From a virus, in IMG/VR virus record IMGVR_UViG_3300037882_002640, positions 30,811-94,810 of that record: a stretch of DNA of 64,000 bases; one strand, 5' to 3'. The position numbers and the translations under genes were made by a program. How positions within the stretch are numbered: the first letter of the stretch is position 1; each line of letters opens with the position of its first letter. Shown here in pieces: positions 1-11,455 of this stretch. The notes under the pieces were generated by a model, which did no database searches, was not told where the DNA came from, and was given only the letters and a program-made list of their open reading frames with translations.

Positions 1-2
1 CG

Positions 3-3000
3 TCACTTAGTTATGATGCTTGGGTTAGAGGTGTAGTGGGGGAAAACTACAGTGATGCTAAGACTGCTTTTGATTTCTATGAGCAATCTAATTTTGTTAA
101 ATCACTAGTTGGCGCTGTGTCTTCTCTAAGAAGGAACAGACCCGCTGTTGGTGTGAGAACTTACGATGAAGGAGTCTACAAGACTAGTTACATAGGTGTA
201 AAAGAATCTGGAGCTCGTGCTGTACTTGAGAATGATATTATCAATGGTTTCATGAGGGCTAATGATAAGGCAGATAAGAAGATATTCAGTGACGAGATTC
301 TAAAAGAACTCGCTAATTTCAAGTTCAGTGAAGACTACGATACTACCTACAACCTTGCTAAAAGACTGCTCTTAACGTTTGGTATCAAGATTAAGAAGGG
401 AGATGCGTCTTCACTGGAACTTCAGAACTTCATAAAAAGATCTAAGACCGTTTTACCTAAGATAAACGAGAAGACTGACACCCCTTACAATGTTATTACC
501 AACGAATCTAGTTTAATTAGTTTGATTATTGAAGCTGCATCCACAACGGCTAATCTAGTCCAGCCTACCTCATTTATGCGGGGAGATGGTAAGAAAGCCT
601 TCTTGTGGGTTGATGCTTCGTATCAAACATCCATCCTCACATCTATTGTAAACTCGATAAACGGGTTGAAGGGTATGAGGACTAGGTACTTCAGTATCAA
701 CAAAGGAGAATTAAAGTCTACTTCCCCATTCCTTACGAACAATATATTCTTTAATGGCTTATCTAGGATATATTCATTTTTAGATCATGATTCTATAAAA
801 TGGAAGGGTAGAGAAGAGAACGCTAAGATTCTACATCGTGAGGGTCCAACAGAAGCCTTGATACGGGCATTTGATTTAGGTTTTATAAACAAGGCTGCTA
901 ATGGTGATACTTATATTCAATTCCTACCAATACCTTCTAATAGAAGAACTATTAATGGAGTTGAGGTAAGTAGGCTTTCACCTAAACAATTAGATTCTGC
1001 CTTAATGGGTTTAATCAAATCCCAAAAGAATCGACCTGAACCTACAGGTAAACTTGCTAACAATGATAACTACCTTAAGAATTACAAGAAATTTAATCTT
1101 CCTGGTCTAGATGGACTGGATGTCAACTCCCTTACTGAAGCAGAAGCTTTGAAGAAGTTGAAAGAAGCACTCGCAGAGATTAAGGAAGATTACAAGTCTA
1201 AAATACTTGAGTACCTTGTTCGGGAATCTACTGGAACTGAGGTTAGTGAATCTAATTTGCAGGTAGATGTTGACTCTTTACTAAGGACTTACACTAAGAT
1301 TAGTAGCAAGAAAGCTAACTTATCTAGAGCTGGTGAGTACCGTAAGAAATTAGCTGCATATAAAGCAGAGATTGATAAACTTAGTTTAGCTGGTGATACC
1401 GATGCAGCTTTAAAGATTACTGAAGAGGCTAATGAGTTTGTTAAGAGTAGAACCGCATCTCTAAATGATATTCTGGACACTGTGGTTGAGAATTTTGTAG
1501 CAAATCATGTTGTAAACTCTTATAACCTTTCTCAGATGCTTTATGGGGATGGCACCTTCTACAAATCAAAAGAAGATTTAACTAAACGTATTCAAGTATT
1601 TACTGCAACTGGTGATGTACCTATTGTAGACGAAGCGGATGGTTATCCACCAGTATCTAGGATTGGTGTAATTCAAGACATAGAATCTGCTTTGGAAGAG
1701 TTAGAAGATATGAGAGATGAGGCTGCTAGAGAAACAGTTAATGAAGCGGATGGGCAAGGATTCATGTTACCAGAGGCTTACGAACAGCTCGCAAAGGCTC
1801 GTGGTAGGCATACTGAAGATGACATTACTCTTAAGACAGTGTACTCATCAACTGATGAACTTGGCATACCAACCCTCCTCAAGTATTCCATCATTGTTCT
1901 TACTGACGAGCTTATTGGGTACAACGCTGGTAAACCTATTAATGTTGCCTTACACAACTTAAGGGAAGCAATGCGCAACCCTGCAGACGGTAAGGGGAGG
2001 TTAGACCAAGCTATATTTTCATCTGGTGTTAAATCAGGTGGTCCAAGCAATAAGAACCAGGCTAGGGTTAACATGGAGGACATGAGTATATCATTCCAAG
2101 ATTCTTCAATTATCAGTATTGACAATCGTCACTTTAGGTTCCAGTTGAATCCTGCGAGTGAAGTTGAGAAGACTGTGGCTAACCCGTCACAGATAACTGC
2201 CTTTATAGACAGCAATGGTATCAACCCAAACGAAGCTTATGAAGTACATAAGTTGAATGCAGGTATAATGGCTGTGGGTATGCGATTGATTTCACATAAG
2301 TTGGGTATATCAAGGAAAGGAAGACTTACCAAATCTTCAGAGAATGTAATGCGTAAAAGAGCAATACAAGCAAATGAAGGTATGACGGGTAAGGAATCTT
2401 TAGTGAATGCGTTAGCCGCTAAACGTAATGGTAAGTACTCCGTATCTCTTAACCTACCTATGATTGGAGATGGTCTGGTATCATCCTTAGCCTCTATTGT
2501 TTCTTCTTCTACAGTTGGATTTCGATTTCCAGGCTCTAAGCTTGTTCTTCAATCAGAATTCGGTACATATACCAATACTAAGGAGAAACTCAAGTTCAAA
2601 GATAAAGATGGCTTTACAGAAGTAATGCTTCCAGAAGTCTTCAGGGAGTTCCTGTCAGAAGGTGATGTAGTTGCTAATGATGCAATGGTTGGATTCCGTA
2701 TTCCATCCACAAACTACCACTCTGCTATTGCTCTAAGGGTAGTAGGATTCTATAAAGTTCCACCAGGTTCTGCAGGTAATATTGTGATTGCTCCTGCTGC
2801 ACTTGTGTTCTATCATGGTTCAGACTTTGACGTTGACTCTCTATTTCTTATTAAAAAGGATAAACTTAAAGAGGATATATCATTAGACACCATCATCTCC
2901 AAGTACACTAAAGACAAGACTTCCTTGAAGTTTAAGAAAGGGGATAGGATTGGCGCTGATAAGACTATAGATATGGTTGGAGGACTTAAGTTAACTGAGT

Positions 3001-6000
3001 ACTTAGAAAGACTCGTTGGTATAATCGACAATGCTATACAAAGTATTAGATCCTCAGATTCATCAGCAGCTGCTGCAATGGAAGATGATTTAAGGACAGT
3101 AGCCAGTATGTATAACATAGCTGCTCAAAACAGTATTGTGCATATACTCTCGTCTAACATTAGGAATATAAAGAACCGTAAGGATTTGCTAACTCCTATC
3201 TCTTTCGCTCGTGTGTCTAAAATGAAAGCAGATATTCTTAAGAATTTTATATCTGATTTTGATAACATTAAGAAAGATATACTATCCTCTGGGTTGGCTA
3301 CTAAAGAGGAATTGGAAGAGAAGAAGGAGTTGTTATTTACTGAAGGTATTGATGTTCTGGACAAGAAAGACTTAACACCTAAAGCGCAGGCATTAATAAA
3401 CAAGTACTCACTAAAGAGTGAGGATACTGTTATTGAAATGATTGCTAAGTTAGAAGCAACAAAAGAAGGTTTAGATGGAAGTAGGTTAAGTGGGACAGAG
3501 GCTGGAAGGTTAGTTAACCCTAAAGGAACCATGCACTCTCCAACTACCCAACTTCAAATACACTCTAATACTTACTCTGGTGTATCTCTAACGGGTGTAG
3601 CTGCCAATACAGGTAAGATTCTTTCTTATCTATTCTCTGCTGCCAGAATTCTTTCTATAAAGAAAGGAGATGTTATCCTAGAGTTTACTAGGGATGGTAA
3701 ATACTCATCAGAGCAGATGAGGGAGATGCTAAACTCACAAGACCTACCATCAATTAATTCTGCCTTAGCGTCTGGCTGGGAAATTGTTACAAGGGAAGAA
3801 CCTAAGTTGAAGGAAGGCTCACGGATTAAGTTCCTAAACCATACCTTTGACAGTTTATCTAGGAATGAAAAGAACTTGGATGGTACACCTAAGATGGCTT
3901 ACAAGTATGGGGATACTTTAATCAACATATTTGAAACTATTGATACGGTCATTAACTTAGCGATTGATAATGTTAAAGAGCAGAAATTATTCGTGCTCGG
4001 TATCACCAACTTTAACTCTAATGCTTTCCTCGCTGGAATATCTTTAGGTATCCCTCTTAACACAGTTGTGATGATGTTTAAGACTCCATTCATGGCGAAA
4101 GCTTCTTTATCCCCTCTAAATACCTCTAAGATGTCTAAAGACATGTTGAAAGAACTTTCAAACCTGGATATAAATGAAGTAATAAACATGGTTGAAGAGT
4201 ACTCACATTCACAGGTAGGGCAGTTTAAAACTGCTTTAGCTAATGGATTAGAAGCGGCTTTGAAGACTCTTAGTATAAATCCAGACTACTTAGAGCGCTC
4301 TTACTTGGGAGATTCTAATGTTGTAGGAGATTTCGTGTTAAATAGGTACGTAGGGAAGCTAAATGATTTAGGTACTGAGTTATATGATAACTCTGAATTG
4401 TTCTCTATACTACGAGGCATGCCTTCAACTAAAGAGGATATAGATACTGCTGTAGATGCAGGTCTAAAGTACCAAACTATTCAATCACTAGAGGCCACTA
4501 ATACAGACGACTCTATACGTGATCAGTTAAAGACACAAGTTATTAAGGAGAAGTTAGAAGCTATACGCTCATCTGATTTGTATAAAAATAGTTCACCTGT
4601 AAAACAATCTAGCCTAGAGGATTTATCTATAGTGGATAGTTTAATAGAAGCTGAGGTGGAGAGAAGGTACAATGCCACACTTGTAACTAAGATAGTTAGC
4701 AATAAAGTGGCTAAGAACTTCAGAACTAAACAAAACTCAGTATTTGAGGATCTCTCAGTATTTAATCTTCCCCATATGTTCCAAGCATGGAACATTGTTA
4801 AGAGATTGCAATATTTGATTGAGAACACATTTGCTTTGTACTCATCAGACTTGAAAGAATATGCAGATAAGATAGCAGATCATTTAGGTGTTACTTATGG
4901 GAAGGGCCCTCTACGCTACCTAGTAGCTAAAGAGTTCTTTAAGTTTATAACATCTGATATGAAAATTATTTTACCTTACGGGACAGTAGACTTTAAAGTA
5001 CCTAATAACATCACACAAGTTGTTATGAGTGAAAGAGGGGATACCACTCTATACGGCGCAGATGCTTGGGCTCATAACTTTACTAATAAGTTTGAGAACT
5101 TCAGAAAGCAGTATCCTGTTGAAAATGAGTTCCTAAAATCAGTTGAAGTAGTTTCAGACTTTAAAGGAAGAAAATCACTAAAGATTACTTCTGATAAGAC
5201 CACTAATCCTGAAACTATTCTTAAGATTAAGGAAGGAGTTCTTTCGTTACTACAAGAGGAGGAGATAACAGAACTAGGGGTAATTATAAGGCCTAGAGAA
5301 ATGGTACTTGATTTATTTAAGTATGCAGCTTTAAGTCAGGGTATGTTCTACTCTAGAACTGGCTTTGCTTTAGTATTCCCAGTAGTTTTCTCTGAGGCTT
5401 ACTCCAACCACTTAGATGACGCTTTAGATCGTGTGTTCTCACGAGACGAGAGAGGAAACATAAGTCCTCTTTACACTTCAGCTAATACCAGCAGACTGTT
5501 TAATACCTTTATGTACCAGTTAGTTAGAAATAATCCTGACATACTTCCTTACAGGAAAGGGGCTATAAAAACAGCTGGCTACACCAATGCTAAAGGGGAC
5601 TACAAGAGAATTTACACTGGAAACAAAGATGGAGTGTTTTTTGATTTGTCTTACCCTAATGCAGGTGATACCCCTCCTGTGTTTATAAGTGATTTTAATA
5701 AAGAAGTCTTTATGTTTGTCACTACTAAGAATGGTACGGACTATTATCGTAAGTTAACCTCAAAAAATAAACTCACCCTACACCAATTCCCCACTTATTA
5801 TGCTAAGAATGAGGAGCTTGATTTAAGTGTGTTCTCTGATCCAAACCTTGATGGACCTATGTTCGATGCTAAACTTCTACAGGGCAGAACAATTAACTAC
5901 CCTGTGGATAGGAAAGTAGTTTCAGAAGGAGATGTTGTTTATATACACGATTACTCTAATCCTAACCCAACTGAGATATCTACTAGCGTTGTAACCAATG

Positions 6001-6710
6001 TTGAGAAGACAGCAGGAGGGTACTCTATAACTATAGGTGAGAAGAAAAGTATGAGTTTATTGAAGGGAACATCAAAAGAAGTGTTATCTTTGTTACCTGT
6101 TTTAGCTTCGTCTAAGTTTATTGATACTCCCCTTAACATGGGGGCTAAGACCATTGGAGATACAAACTCTGATATTAACTTAGATTTAGCGAAGGGATTT
6201 GAGCATGTACTACAGGCTATTAAAGACCTTCCTGACGGCATATACAAAGCCTACAGAACACTATTTAATGGTTACTACGCTAACAACCCAACTGAGGCTA
6301 TAACTCTCGCTAAGGCCCTTTCTGCGAAGACTAGGACTAGGTTTGATATCTTAGATATTAGAGAAACTGTAACCCCGGAAGATGTTGTAAGCGATGAAGT
6401 TAGTTTCACACCAGAGATGTACAATGAAGATGGAATCTATTACTCTATTAAAAAATCAGAGTCTAAAAAGACTTCCACGCACACTAGAGAATACGCCTCT
6501 CTACAAGTAGGTAACATATACTTTGCTGGCATGTCAGATGGTAATCCTGTTTACTTCTTAGTAAGTTCCGAATCTACTAAGTCTAAGAAAGGGTTACTGT
6601 TAGATGGTGCAGTTGTACAGGCTCTTATTGATAATAACTATATAGTAGACTCACAATTCAATCCTGAAAACATAGAAAATGAACTGCAGAAATTAATTGA
6701 ATCTTGCTAA
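3..6710 (+). CDS. Giant virion-packaged RNA polymerase subunit, crAss-like (5'-truncated by the window)
   Basis: Frame is open from base 3. Double-psi-barrel catalytic motif GSDFDVDS near 2817-2840, preceded by GFRIPS; size and position match the crAss-like virion RNAP cluster. Confidence 0.85.
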   Translation, partial: SLSYDAWVRGVVGENYSDAKTAFDFYEQSNFVKSLVGAVSSLRRNRPAVGVRTYDEGVYKTSYIGVKESGARAVLENDIINGFMRANDKADKKIFSDEILKELANFKFSEDYDTTYNLAKRLLLTFGIKIKKGDASSLELQNFIKRSKTVLPKINEKTDTPYNVITNESSLISLIIEAASTTANLVQPTSFMRGDGKKAFLWVDASYQTSILTSIVNSINGLKGMRTRYFSINKGELKSTSPFLTNNIFFNGLSRIYSFLDHDSIKWKGREENAKILHREGPTEALIRAFDLGFINKAANGDTYIQFLPIPSNRRTINGVEVSRLSPKQLDSALMGLIKSQKNRPEPTGKLANNDNYLKNYKKFNLPGLDGLDVNSLTEAEALKKLKEALAEIKEDYKSKILEYLVRESTGTEVSESNLQVDVDSLLRTYTKISSKKANLSRAGEYRKKLAAYKAEIDKLSLAGDTDAALKITEEANEFVKSRTASLNDILDTVVENFVANHVVNSYNLSQMLYGDGTFYKSKEDLTKRIQVFTATGDVPIVDEADGYPPVSRIGVIQDIESALEELEDMRDEAARETVNEADGQGFMLPEAYEQLAKARGRHTEDDITLKTVYSSTDELGIPTLLKYSIIVLTDELIGYNAGKPINVALHNLREAMRNPADGKGRLDQAIFSSGVKSGGPSNKNQARVNMEDMSISFQDSSIISIDNRHFRFQLNPASEVEKTVANPSQITAFIDSNGINPNEAYEVHKLNAGIMAVGMRLISHKLGISRKGRLTKSSENVMRKRAIQANEGMTGKESLVNALAAKRNGKYSVSLNLPMIGDGLVSSLASIVSSSTVGFRFPGSKLVLQSEFGTYTNTKEKLKFKDKDGFTEVMLPEVFREFLSEGDVVANDAMVGFRIPSTNYHSAIALRVVGFYKVPPGSAGNIVIAPAALVFYHGSDFDVDSLFLIKKDKLKEDISLDTIISKYTKDKTSLKFKKGDRIGADKTIDMVGGLKLTEYLERLVGIIDNAIQSIRSSDSSAAAAMEDDLRTVASMYNIAAQNSIVHILSSNIRNIKNRKDLLTPISFARVSKMKADILKNFISDFDNIKKDILSSGLATKEELEEKKELLFTEGIDVLDKKDLTPKAQALINKYSLKSEDTVIEMIAKLEATKEGLDGSRLSGTEAGRLVNPKGTMHSPTTQLQIHSNTYSGVSLTGVAANTGKILSYLFSAARILSIKKGDVILEFTRDGKYSSEQMREMLNSQDLPSINSALASGWEIVTREEPKLKEGSRIKFLNHTFDSLSRNEKNLDGTPKMAYKYGDTLINIFETIDTVINLAIDNVKEQKLFVLGITNFNSNAFLAGISLGIPLNTVVMMFKTPFMAKASLSPLNTSKMSKDMLKELSNLDINEVINMVEEYSHSQVGQFKTALANGLEAALKTLSINPDYLERSYLGDSNVVGDFVLNRYVGKLNDLGTELYDNSELFSILRGMPSTKEDIDTAVDAGLKYQTIQSLEATNTDDSIRDQLKTQVIKEKLEAIRSSDLYKNSSPVKQSSLEDLSIVDSLIEAEVERRYNATLVTKIVSNKVAKNFRTKQNSVFEDLSVFNLPHMFQAWNIVKRLQYLIENTFALYSSDLKEYADKIADHLGVTYGKGPLRYLVAKEFFKFITSDMKIILPYGTVDFKVPNNITQVVMSERGDTTLYGADAWAHNFTNKFENFRKQYPVENEFLKSVEVVSDFKGRKSLKITSDKTTNPETILKIKEGVLSLLQEEEITELGVIIRPREMVLDLFKYAALSQGMFYSRTGFALVFPVVFSEAYSNHLDDALDRVFSRDERGNISPLYTSANTSRLFNTFMYQLVRNNPDILPYRKGAIKTAGYTNAKGDYKRIYTGNKDGVFFDLSYPNAGDTPPVFISDFNKEVFMFVTTKNGTDYYRKLTSKNKLTLHQFPTYYAKNEELDLSVFSDPNLDGPMFDAKLLQGRTINYPVDRKVVSEGDVVYIHDYSNPNPTEISTSVVTNVEKTAGGYSITIGEKKSMSLLKGTSKEVLSLLPVLASSKFIDTPLNMGAKTIGDTNSDINLDLAKGFEHVLQAIKDLPDGIYKAYRTLFNGYYANNPTEAITLAKALSAKTRTRFDILDIRETVTPEDVVSDEVSFTPEMYNEDGIYYSIKKSESKKTSTHTREYASLQVGNIYFAGMSDGNPVYFLVSSESTKSKKGLLLDGAVVQALIDNNYIVDSQFNPENIENELQKLIESC

Positions 6711-9700
6711 TGATTTGTCCAATAAATAAAAAAGTGGAGGGGCTTAAGGCTCCTCCACCTATTAAATCCCCATTAAGAGATTTAATAAAAGAACAACTCC
6801 TAACCTACAAAAAATATTTTAGGGAAAACTACCCAGAGCTTAAAGATGGTAATCTCACGAAGTCAATCAATTACTTCTATAACCCAGTAAAAGATTTGAG
6901 GGGCAGGGTAGCTGGTAATAATATTATTACCAACAATACGGTAGTTAGTATATTCCCTAAGGGAACTCCTGATACCAAACCTAACTCCAACTTAATTTTT
7001 GTTCTAGACATGATGAAGAGCAGGTTCAACTTCCCTTACATAATTGTCCATGAGCCTGAAAGTAATTTTAAAGGTAAGTACCTAAACATAGATGGGCAGA
7101 AGACTGTAGTAATAAACACAGCTCATGCAACTGATGATACTCCCTTCCATGAATACTTCCACCCATTTGTAAGGTTAATGAAGAATGAAAATCCTGAGTT
7201 GTTTAGCTTGATTGCTAAGGAAGCGTCCTTCTTAAAAATGGAAGAAGAGGAAGCGGTAACTGAATACTTAGGTAAGGTCGCAGCATCCACCTACCGTAAC
7301 AGTTTATTCCATAAGTTCATAGACTTTGTATCAAGAGTACTCTCTGAATATTTTGGGGTACCCTTTAGGTATAACCCATCTGATACTGTTAAGGAGCTTG
7401 TAGATAGATTGCTTGTTACTGGTGCTGATGTTAGTTCAGAGAACACACTCTCTGAAGCCTTCCAGCTTTTAAACACTATTGACAATACTACCGGTGTTTT
7501 ATCCAAAGAGGATAGACGTACTGATATCTTAGGTAAACTAAAATCCTTAACCAAAGACTTCACTACAGATGATACTACAGATTACTATACCTCACCCACT
7601 GGAACCTTTAGGCGCTTAACAAGTTTTGTATCTTCTAAAGAGAAAGGAGCATTTACAACTGTATTCGCTAACTTTAAGTCTTGGGATGCTAACCATAAAG
7701 CTGCTTTGAAGTATAAGGCAGAGAATCTAGATAAGTCCCAGAAGATAACAATCAATGGAACTGAACTTACATTTGATGAGCTTGTGCAAGCTTACGAATT
7801 AAATGAGAAGACCCCTATACTTATAGGTAAGCTCACACACGCCTATATAGAATACCTCTTAACTAAATCAAGAGAAGCTCTTGCTAAGACAGAATCTTAT
7901 GCTGCTGCCTTAGGTGTACCTTATATTGATTTAGATAAGCATCCTAATCTTCGTGAAATACATGATAACTTTGGAGAGATAGTTCGGCTATCTGGTATTA
8001 CAATAGGTGAAAAGCAAAGTAAGTTTGATGATAATATTGGTAGTGAAGTAACACTCAAGTCTGATATATTAAAGGATTCTGAAGGTTATAATCTTGCCTC
8101 CACAGCTGACTTGATAACTGAGAAGTTTAATGGTGATATAGGTCTTGTTGACTTCAAATCAGGTAATATCACATCTAACTACTCCACATCGATTTTTATG
8201 CCTCATGGAGCTAAATTTGGTGTTAGGGACACTAAACTTAATCACGCTTTCATGGAGTTAGCTCTCCGTGCTATAATGATTAAGGAGGCTAATCCTGACG
8301 CCAAATTCTCCTACCTACGAATTGTAAAGACTAGTAAATATGGCCATCATGAGATGTACGAGGGGGAATTAGAATTATTCCTAAACGTGATAGGCAACTA
8401 CTACAAGACTACTAATCCTTCAGTGTACGCCCAGTTAGAGGAGAAGGGATTACTTGATGTTAATAACTATCAAGGAACTTCAATGTCTTCCTTAAAGTAT
8501 TACTCTAAAATACAGGGTAAAAGCCGAGAAGAGTCAATAGCAATTATAAACTCTGAATTAGATAGATTACACTCTATACCATTTACTGGTAAGCAACCTG
8601 ACTATATTCGTGAAGGTATAAAGGAACTAACTGAAGTCCGTTTGGAACTAGAGGGTATAAAGGATATCAAAGCTGATTTGACTACTGATAAAGGTTTCAT
8701 GGCTAAAATCTCTACCTTATCCGATTTAGATAAGAAATCTATTAAGGGCTTGAATAAACTTTTAATAGAGGCAAGGGACAAAGAAACAAAAGAGGTTGGA
8801 ACTATTTTTAACCAGTGGGATAAACTTCTGGAAGATGTGTATGCAGAAAGACCTAACTATGGTAGTAAGAAACAAATGATAGGTAAAACTGCTGCTACTC
8901 TCTCAATACTTTTTGGTGTAGCTACTTTAAATCCTTTTATTCTAGGCATGGGCATAGCTGGGGCGTACGCAGTACGCAGGAGCATTCAGAATCCCAAAGA
9001 TGCTTTTGGATTTATGTATGTTAAATCAACCGATCCTGATAGGCCTGGATATTTCCTAAATAACACAGACTCCCATAATGGAGTCAAGTTAACTAAAGCT
9101 GAGAGATCTCTAAGAGATTACTACAAAGCAAAACTTGCTTCTCTTTACCAAGATAGTATGTCTGTCGTAGTGGATATGAAGGGTAGCATGGAGATAACTA
9201 AGGCGATGGCTATGAGAATGCCACCTACCTTACCTGACAACTTTATTGTTCGCCCTCCTAAGACATTGGATGAGTATAAAGCAGAATCAGAACTTCTCTC
9301 TTCCTTCTTTGGTGTAAAAGACTATCTCAAACACACAATGGCTGCTAATGTAGTTTCCCTGCTAGAGCGTGATGCAGGTATCTCCCAAAAAGATTCCCTC
9401 TACTATCCTGTAAAGAACTTCTATACTAGTGGTAAGGTAGTGGAATCAGAGATGCACTCATTTGATGCTGATCTAGGCTTTAAGATGATGGTTGGTAACT
9501 TAGTTCATAAGAAACACTTTGACACCCTTTACCCTGTGGCTCAAGGAGTTATTAATATAGTAGAGGATGCAACTACTCCAGATGGACGAAAAGCATTACC
9601 TAATATACTGGAGGCTTTGGATAGGCATGTAACCATGCAAGTACACAGTAAAACCTCTGAGGTTCGCTTTAGAAGCACTCCCATAACCATGAAGGTTGGT

Positions 9701-11068
9701 GATAAGCTATCCTCTATACTAGGCGTTCCTAAGGGAGAATATGAGGTTAACCAAGATAAGATTGCAAGAGCTTTAAAGACAGGTCTTGGCTTTACAACCA
9801 TGGCGTTCAAAACTGTAACTGCAACTAAGAACTTTGCGATTATATCCTTTACTAATGGTACTAAAATCCTCTCTCAATTCCTCTCTAAGAGATTTGGGGT
9901 AGAATCTAATGATGATGACTTTACTAAAGGAACTGCCTTAGCCTTAAAGGAGATGACTAATTATTGGAAGGATTGGATGTTAGGTAAACAGAAACAGAAT
10001 AAACTTTACCTCTTATCAGAACATTTAAATTGGATGCCAGATAACTTTGCTTATGGTAAGGCTAAGAATAACCTTCTTAGAGATATATCTAAACCAACTA
10101 TTGGGGGTACTGCCTATATGTTCCATAATTTCACTGAAACATATGGCGCTTTAACCCATCTTGCTGCTGCTCTTAACTCCTCTTTTGTGCTGGTGAATGG
10201 GAAGAAAACTTCTCTTTATGATGCTTATGATGTAGTTAATGGAGAAGTGGTTTGGAAAGGGGGTACTAGAGGTGTGAATACTCTAGGGCAAGAACTAACT
10301 GAGTTAGATGCTAATGAGGTTAAGTCCTTTAAGAGGATATACGAAAGAACCCAAGGTTCCTACCGAGCTGAGGAAAGAACTGCAATGGAATACCACATTT
10401 TAGGGCAGTTTGTGATGCAGTTTAAAAAGTACTTCTACACCTATGCTAAAAACCAGTTTCAATCTGAATTAGAAGATCCAACTATGGGCAGGTATGTAGC
10501 TAATAAGGATATTACCAGGCCTGATGGCCTAACTACTTTCGAGTGGGAGTCTGAGATAATGAAGGGAAGGTTAAACACTCTTGTTGGCTCTTTGATACTT
10601 GCAGGTAAGTCAGGTAAATTTATACGTGGCGGTAAGCAGGGAAAAGGCGATAAGAAAAGACTTGCTGAACTTCTCTCTACTGCTATATTCATGACCTTAC
10701 TCTACTGGCTGCTAGTAGGCTTTGATGACGATGAGGACGAATCTCCACGAGAAAGAATCTATCGCTCACTCATTTACGACATATCACAAGGTTTAAATGT
10801 TAGAGATTATTTGTCAACAGCTACTGAACCAGTAGTACTTTTTACCAGAGGTTCCCAACTTGTTAAAGCCACTCTTGATTTAATGACTGTGAGTGGGGAG
10901 ACTTCAAAAGGTAAATCAGACAGAAGGAAAGCGCGTAGAACCATTGAGAAGACAGTACCATTCTTATCTAATAAAGATATGATGACTGAACTTCTATCTA
11001 ATGCTAAAATAAAAAGCACAGAAAGTTTCTGGGATAAACTATTCACAGATTCAAGTACTAAGCGGTAA
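6710..11068 (+). CDS. Giant virion/ejected protein with HExxH zincin-like motif, PD-(D/E)xK-like motif and hydrophobic segments
   Basis: ATG at 6710 overlaps the RNAP stop (TAATG). Motifs PFHEYFH and ADLITEK...LVDFKSG; hydrophobic stretches ATLSILFGVATLNPFILGMGIAGAYAV and AIFMTLLYWLLVGF. Confidence 0.65.
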   Translation: MICPINKKVEGLKAPPPIKSPLRDLIKEQLLTYKKYFRENYPELKDGNLTKSINYFYNPVKDLRGRVAGNNIITNNTVVSIFPKGTPDTKPNSNLIFVLDMMKSRFNFPYIIVHEPESNFKGKYLNIDGQKTVVINTAHATDDTPFHEYFHPFVRLMKNENPELFSLIAKEASFLKMEEEEAVTEYLGKVAASTYRNSLFHKFIDFVSRVLSEYFGVPFRYNPSDTVKELVDRLLVTGADVSSENTLSEAFQLLNTIDNTTGVLSKEDRRTDILGKLKSLTKDFTTDDTTDYYTSPTGTFRRLTSFVSSKEKGAFTTVFANFKSWDANHKAALKYKAENLDKSQKITINGTELTFDELVQAYELNEKTPILIGKLTHAYIEYLLTKSREALAKTESYAAALGVPYIDLDKHPNLREIHDNFGEIVRLSGITIGEKQSKFDDNIGSEVTLKSDILKDSEGYNLASTADLITEKFNGDIGLVDFKSGNITSNYSTSIFMPHGAKFGVRDTKLNHAFMELALRAIMIKEANPDAKFSYLRIVKTSKYGHHEMYEGELELFLNVIGNYYKTTNPSVYAQLEEKGLLDVNNYQGTSMSSLKYYSKIQGKSREESIAIINSELDRLHSIPFTGKQPDYIREGIKELTEVRLELEGIKDIKADLTTDKGFMAKISTLSDLDKKSIKGLNKLLIEARDKETKEVGTIFNQWDKLLEDVYAERPNYGSKKQMIGKTAATLSILFGVATLNPFILGMGIAGAYAVRRSIQNPKDAFGFMYVKSTDPDRPGYFLNNTDSHNGVKLTKAERSLRDYYKAKLASLYQDSMSVVVDMKGSMEITKAMAMRMPPTLPDNFIVRPPKTLDEYKAESELLSSFFGVKDYLKHTMAANVVSLLERDAGISQKDSLYYPVKNFYTSGKVVESEMHSFDADLGFKMMVGNLVHKKHFDTLYPVAQGVINIVEDATTPDGRKALPNILEALDRHVTMQVHSKTSEVRFRSTPITMKVGDKLSSILGVPKGEYEVNQDKIARALKTGLGFTTMAFKTVTATKNFAIISFTNGTKILSQFLSKRFGVESNDDDFTKGTALALKEMTNYWKDWMLGKQKQNKLYLLSEHLNWMPDNFAYGKAKNNLLRDISKPTIGGTAYMFHNFTETYGALTHLAAALNSSFVLVNGKKTSLYDAYDVVNGEVVWKGGTRGVNTLGQELTELDANEVKSFKRIYERTQGSYRAEERTAMEYHILGQFVMQFKKYFYTYAKNQFQSELEDPTMGRYVANKDITRPDGLTTFEWESEIMKGRLNTLVGSLILAGKSGKFIRGGKQGKGDKKRLAELLSTAIFMTLLYWLLVGFDDDEDESPRERIYRSLIYDISQGLNVRDYLSTATEPVVLFTRGSQLVKATLDLMTVSGETSKGKSDRRKARRTIEKTVPFLSNKDMMTELLSNAKIKSTESFWDKLFTDSSTKR

Positions 11069-11084
11069 TCCCCTAGTAAAAAAT

Positions 11085-11120
11085 AAACCCCCATGACTAA
11101 TCAAAGTCATGGGGGTTTTG
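11085..11120. terminator. Bidirectional intrinsic terminator between convergent modules
   Basis: Inverted repeat AAACCCCCATGACT / AGTCATGGGGGTTT with A-rich left and T-rich right flanks. Confidence 0.85.
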
Positions 11121-11203
11121 TGTTTTGGGGGTGTAGTTAGTTGATTACACCTGATAAGCAGGCAACGCTGAAGAAGAATGCCCAGATTTGCTCAAATCCC
11201 GCA

Positions 11204-11455
11204 TTAACTATTCTCCACGCGATTTTGTGGACTCGGTCCATATATTCCGTTAGCTGTGGTTAGTAATAACAATACAAACGAGATGACTGTAAGGAATAGC
11301 AATACTCCTAAGTCTTCTTCGCAGTTGTATGTGGTACCGTAAAATGTAGAGGTTAGTCCACACTTACCTTTGGAACAGTCGTATAGATTGAGCGACAGGG
11401 ATACACATAATATAATCAGTGCTCCTGCCACTACTAATGCGAGTGCCCTTCTCAT
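11204..11455 (-). CDS. Small two-TM membrane protein
   Basis: Likely start MRRALAL at 11455 (ATGA overlap with the upstream stop); two hydrophobic helices. Confidence 0.6.
   Translation of the reverse strand: MRRALALVVAGALIILCVSLSLNLYDCSKGKCGLTSTFYGTTYNCEEDLGVLLFLTVISFVLLLLTTANGIYGPSPQNRVENS

Noticed and set aside
1289-11094. Minus-strand ORFs inside the two giant genes, and similar antisense ORFs elsewhere
   Set aside because: They are shadow frames of long coding genes and carry no motifs.
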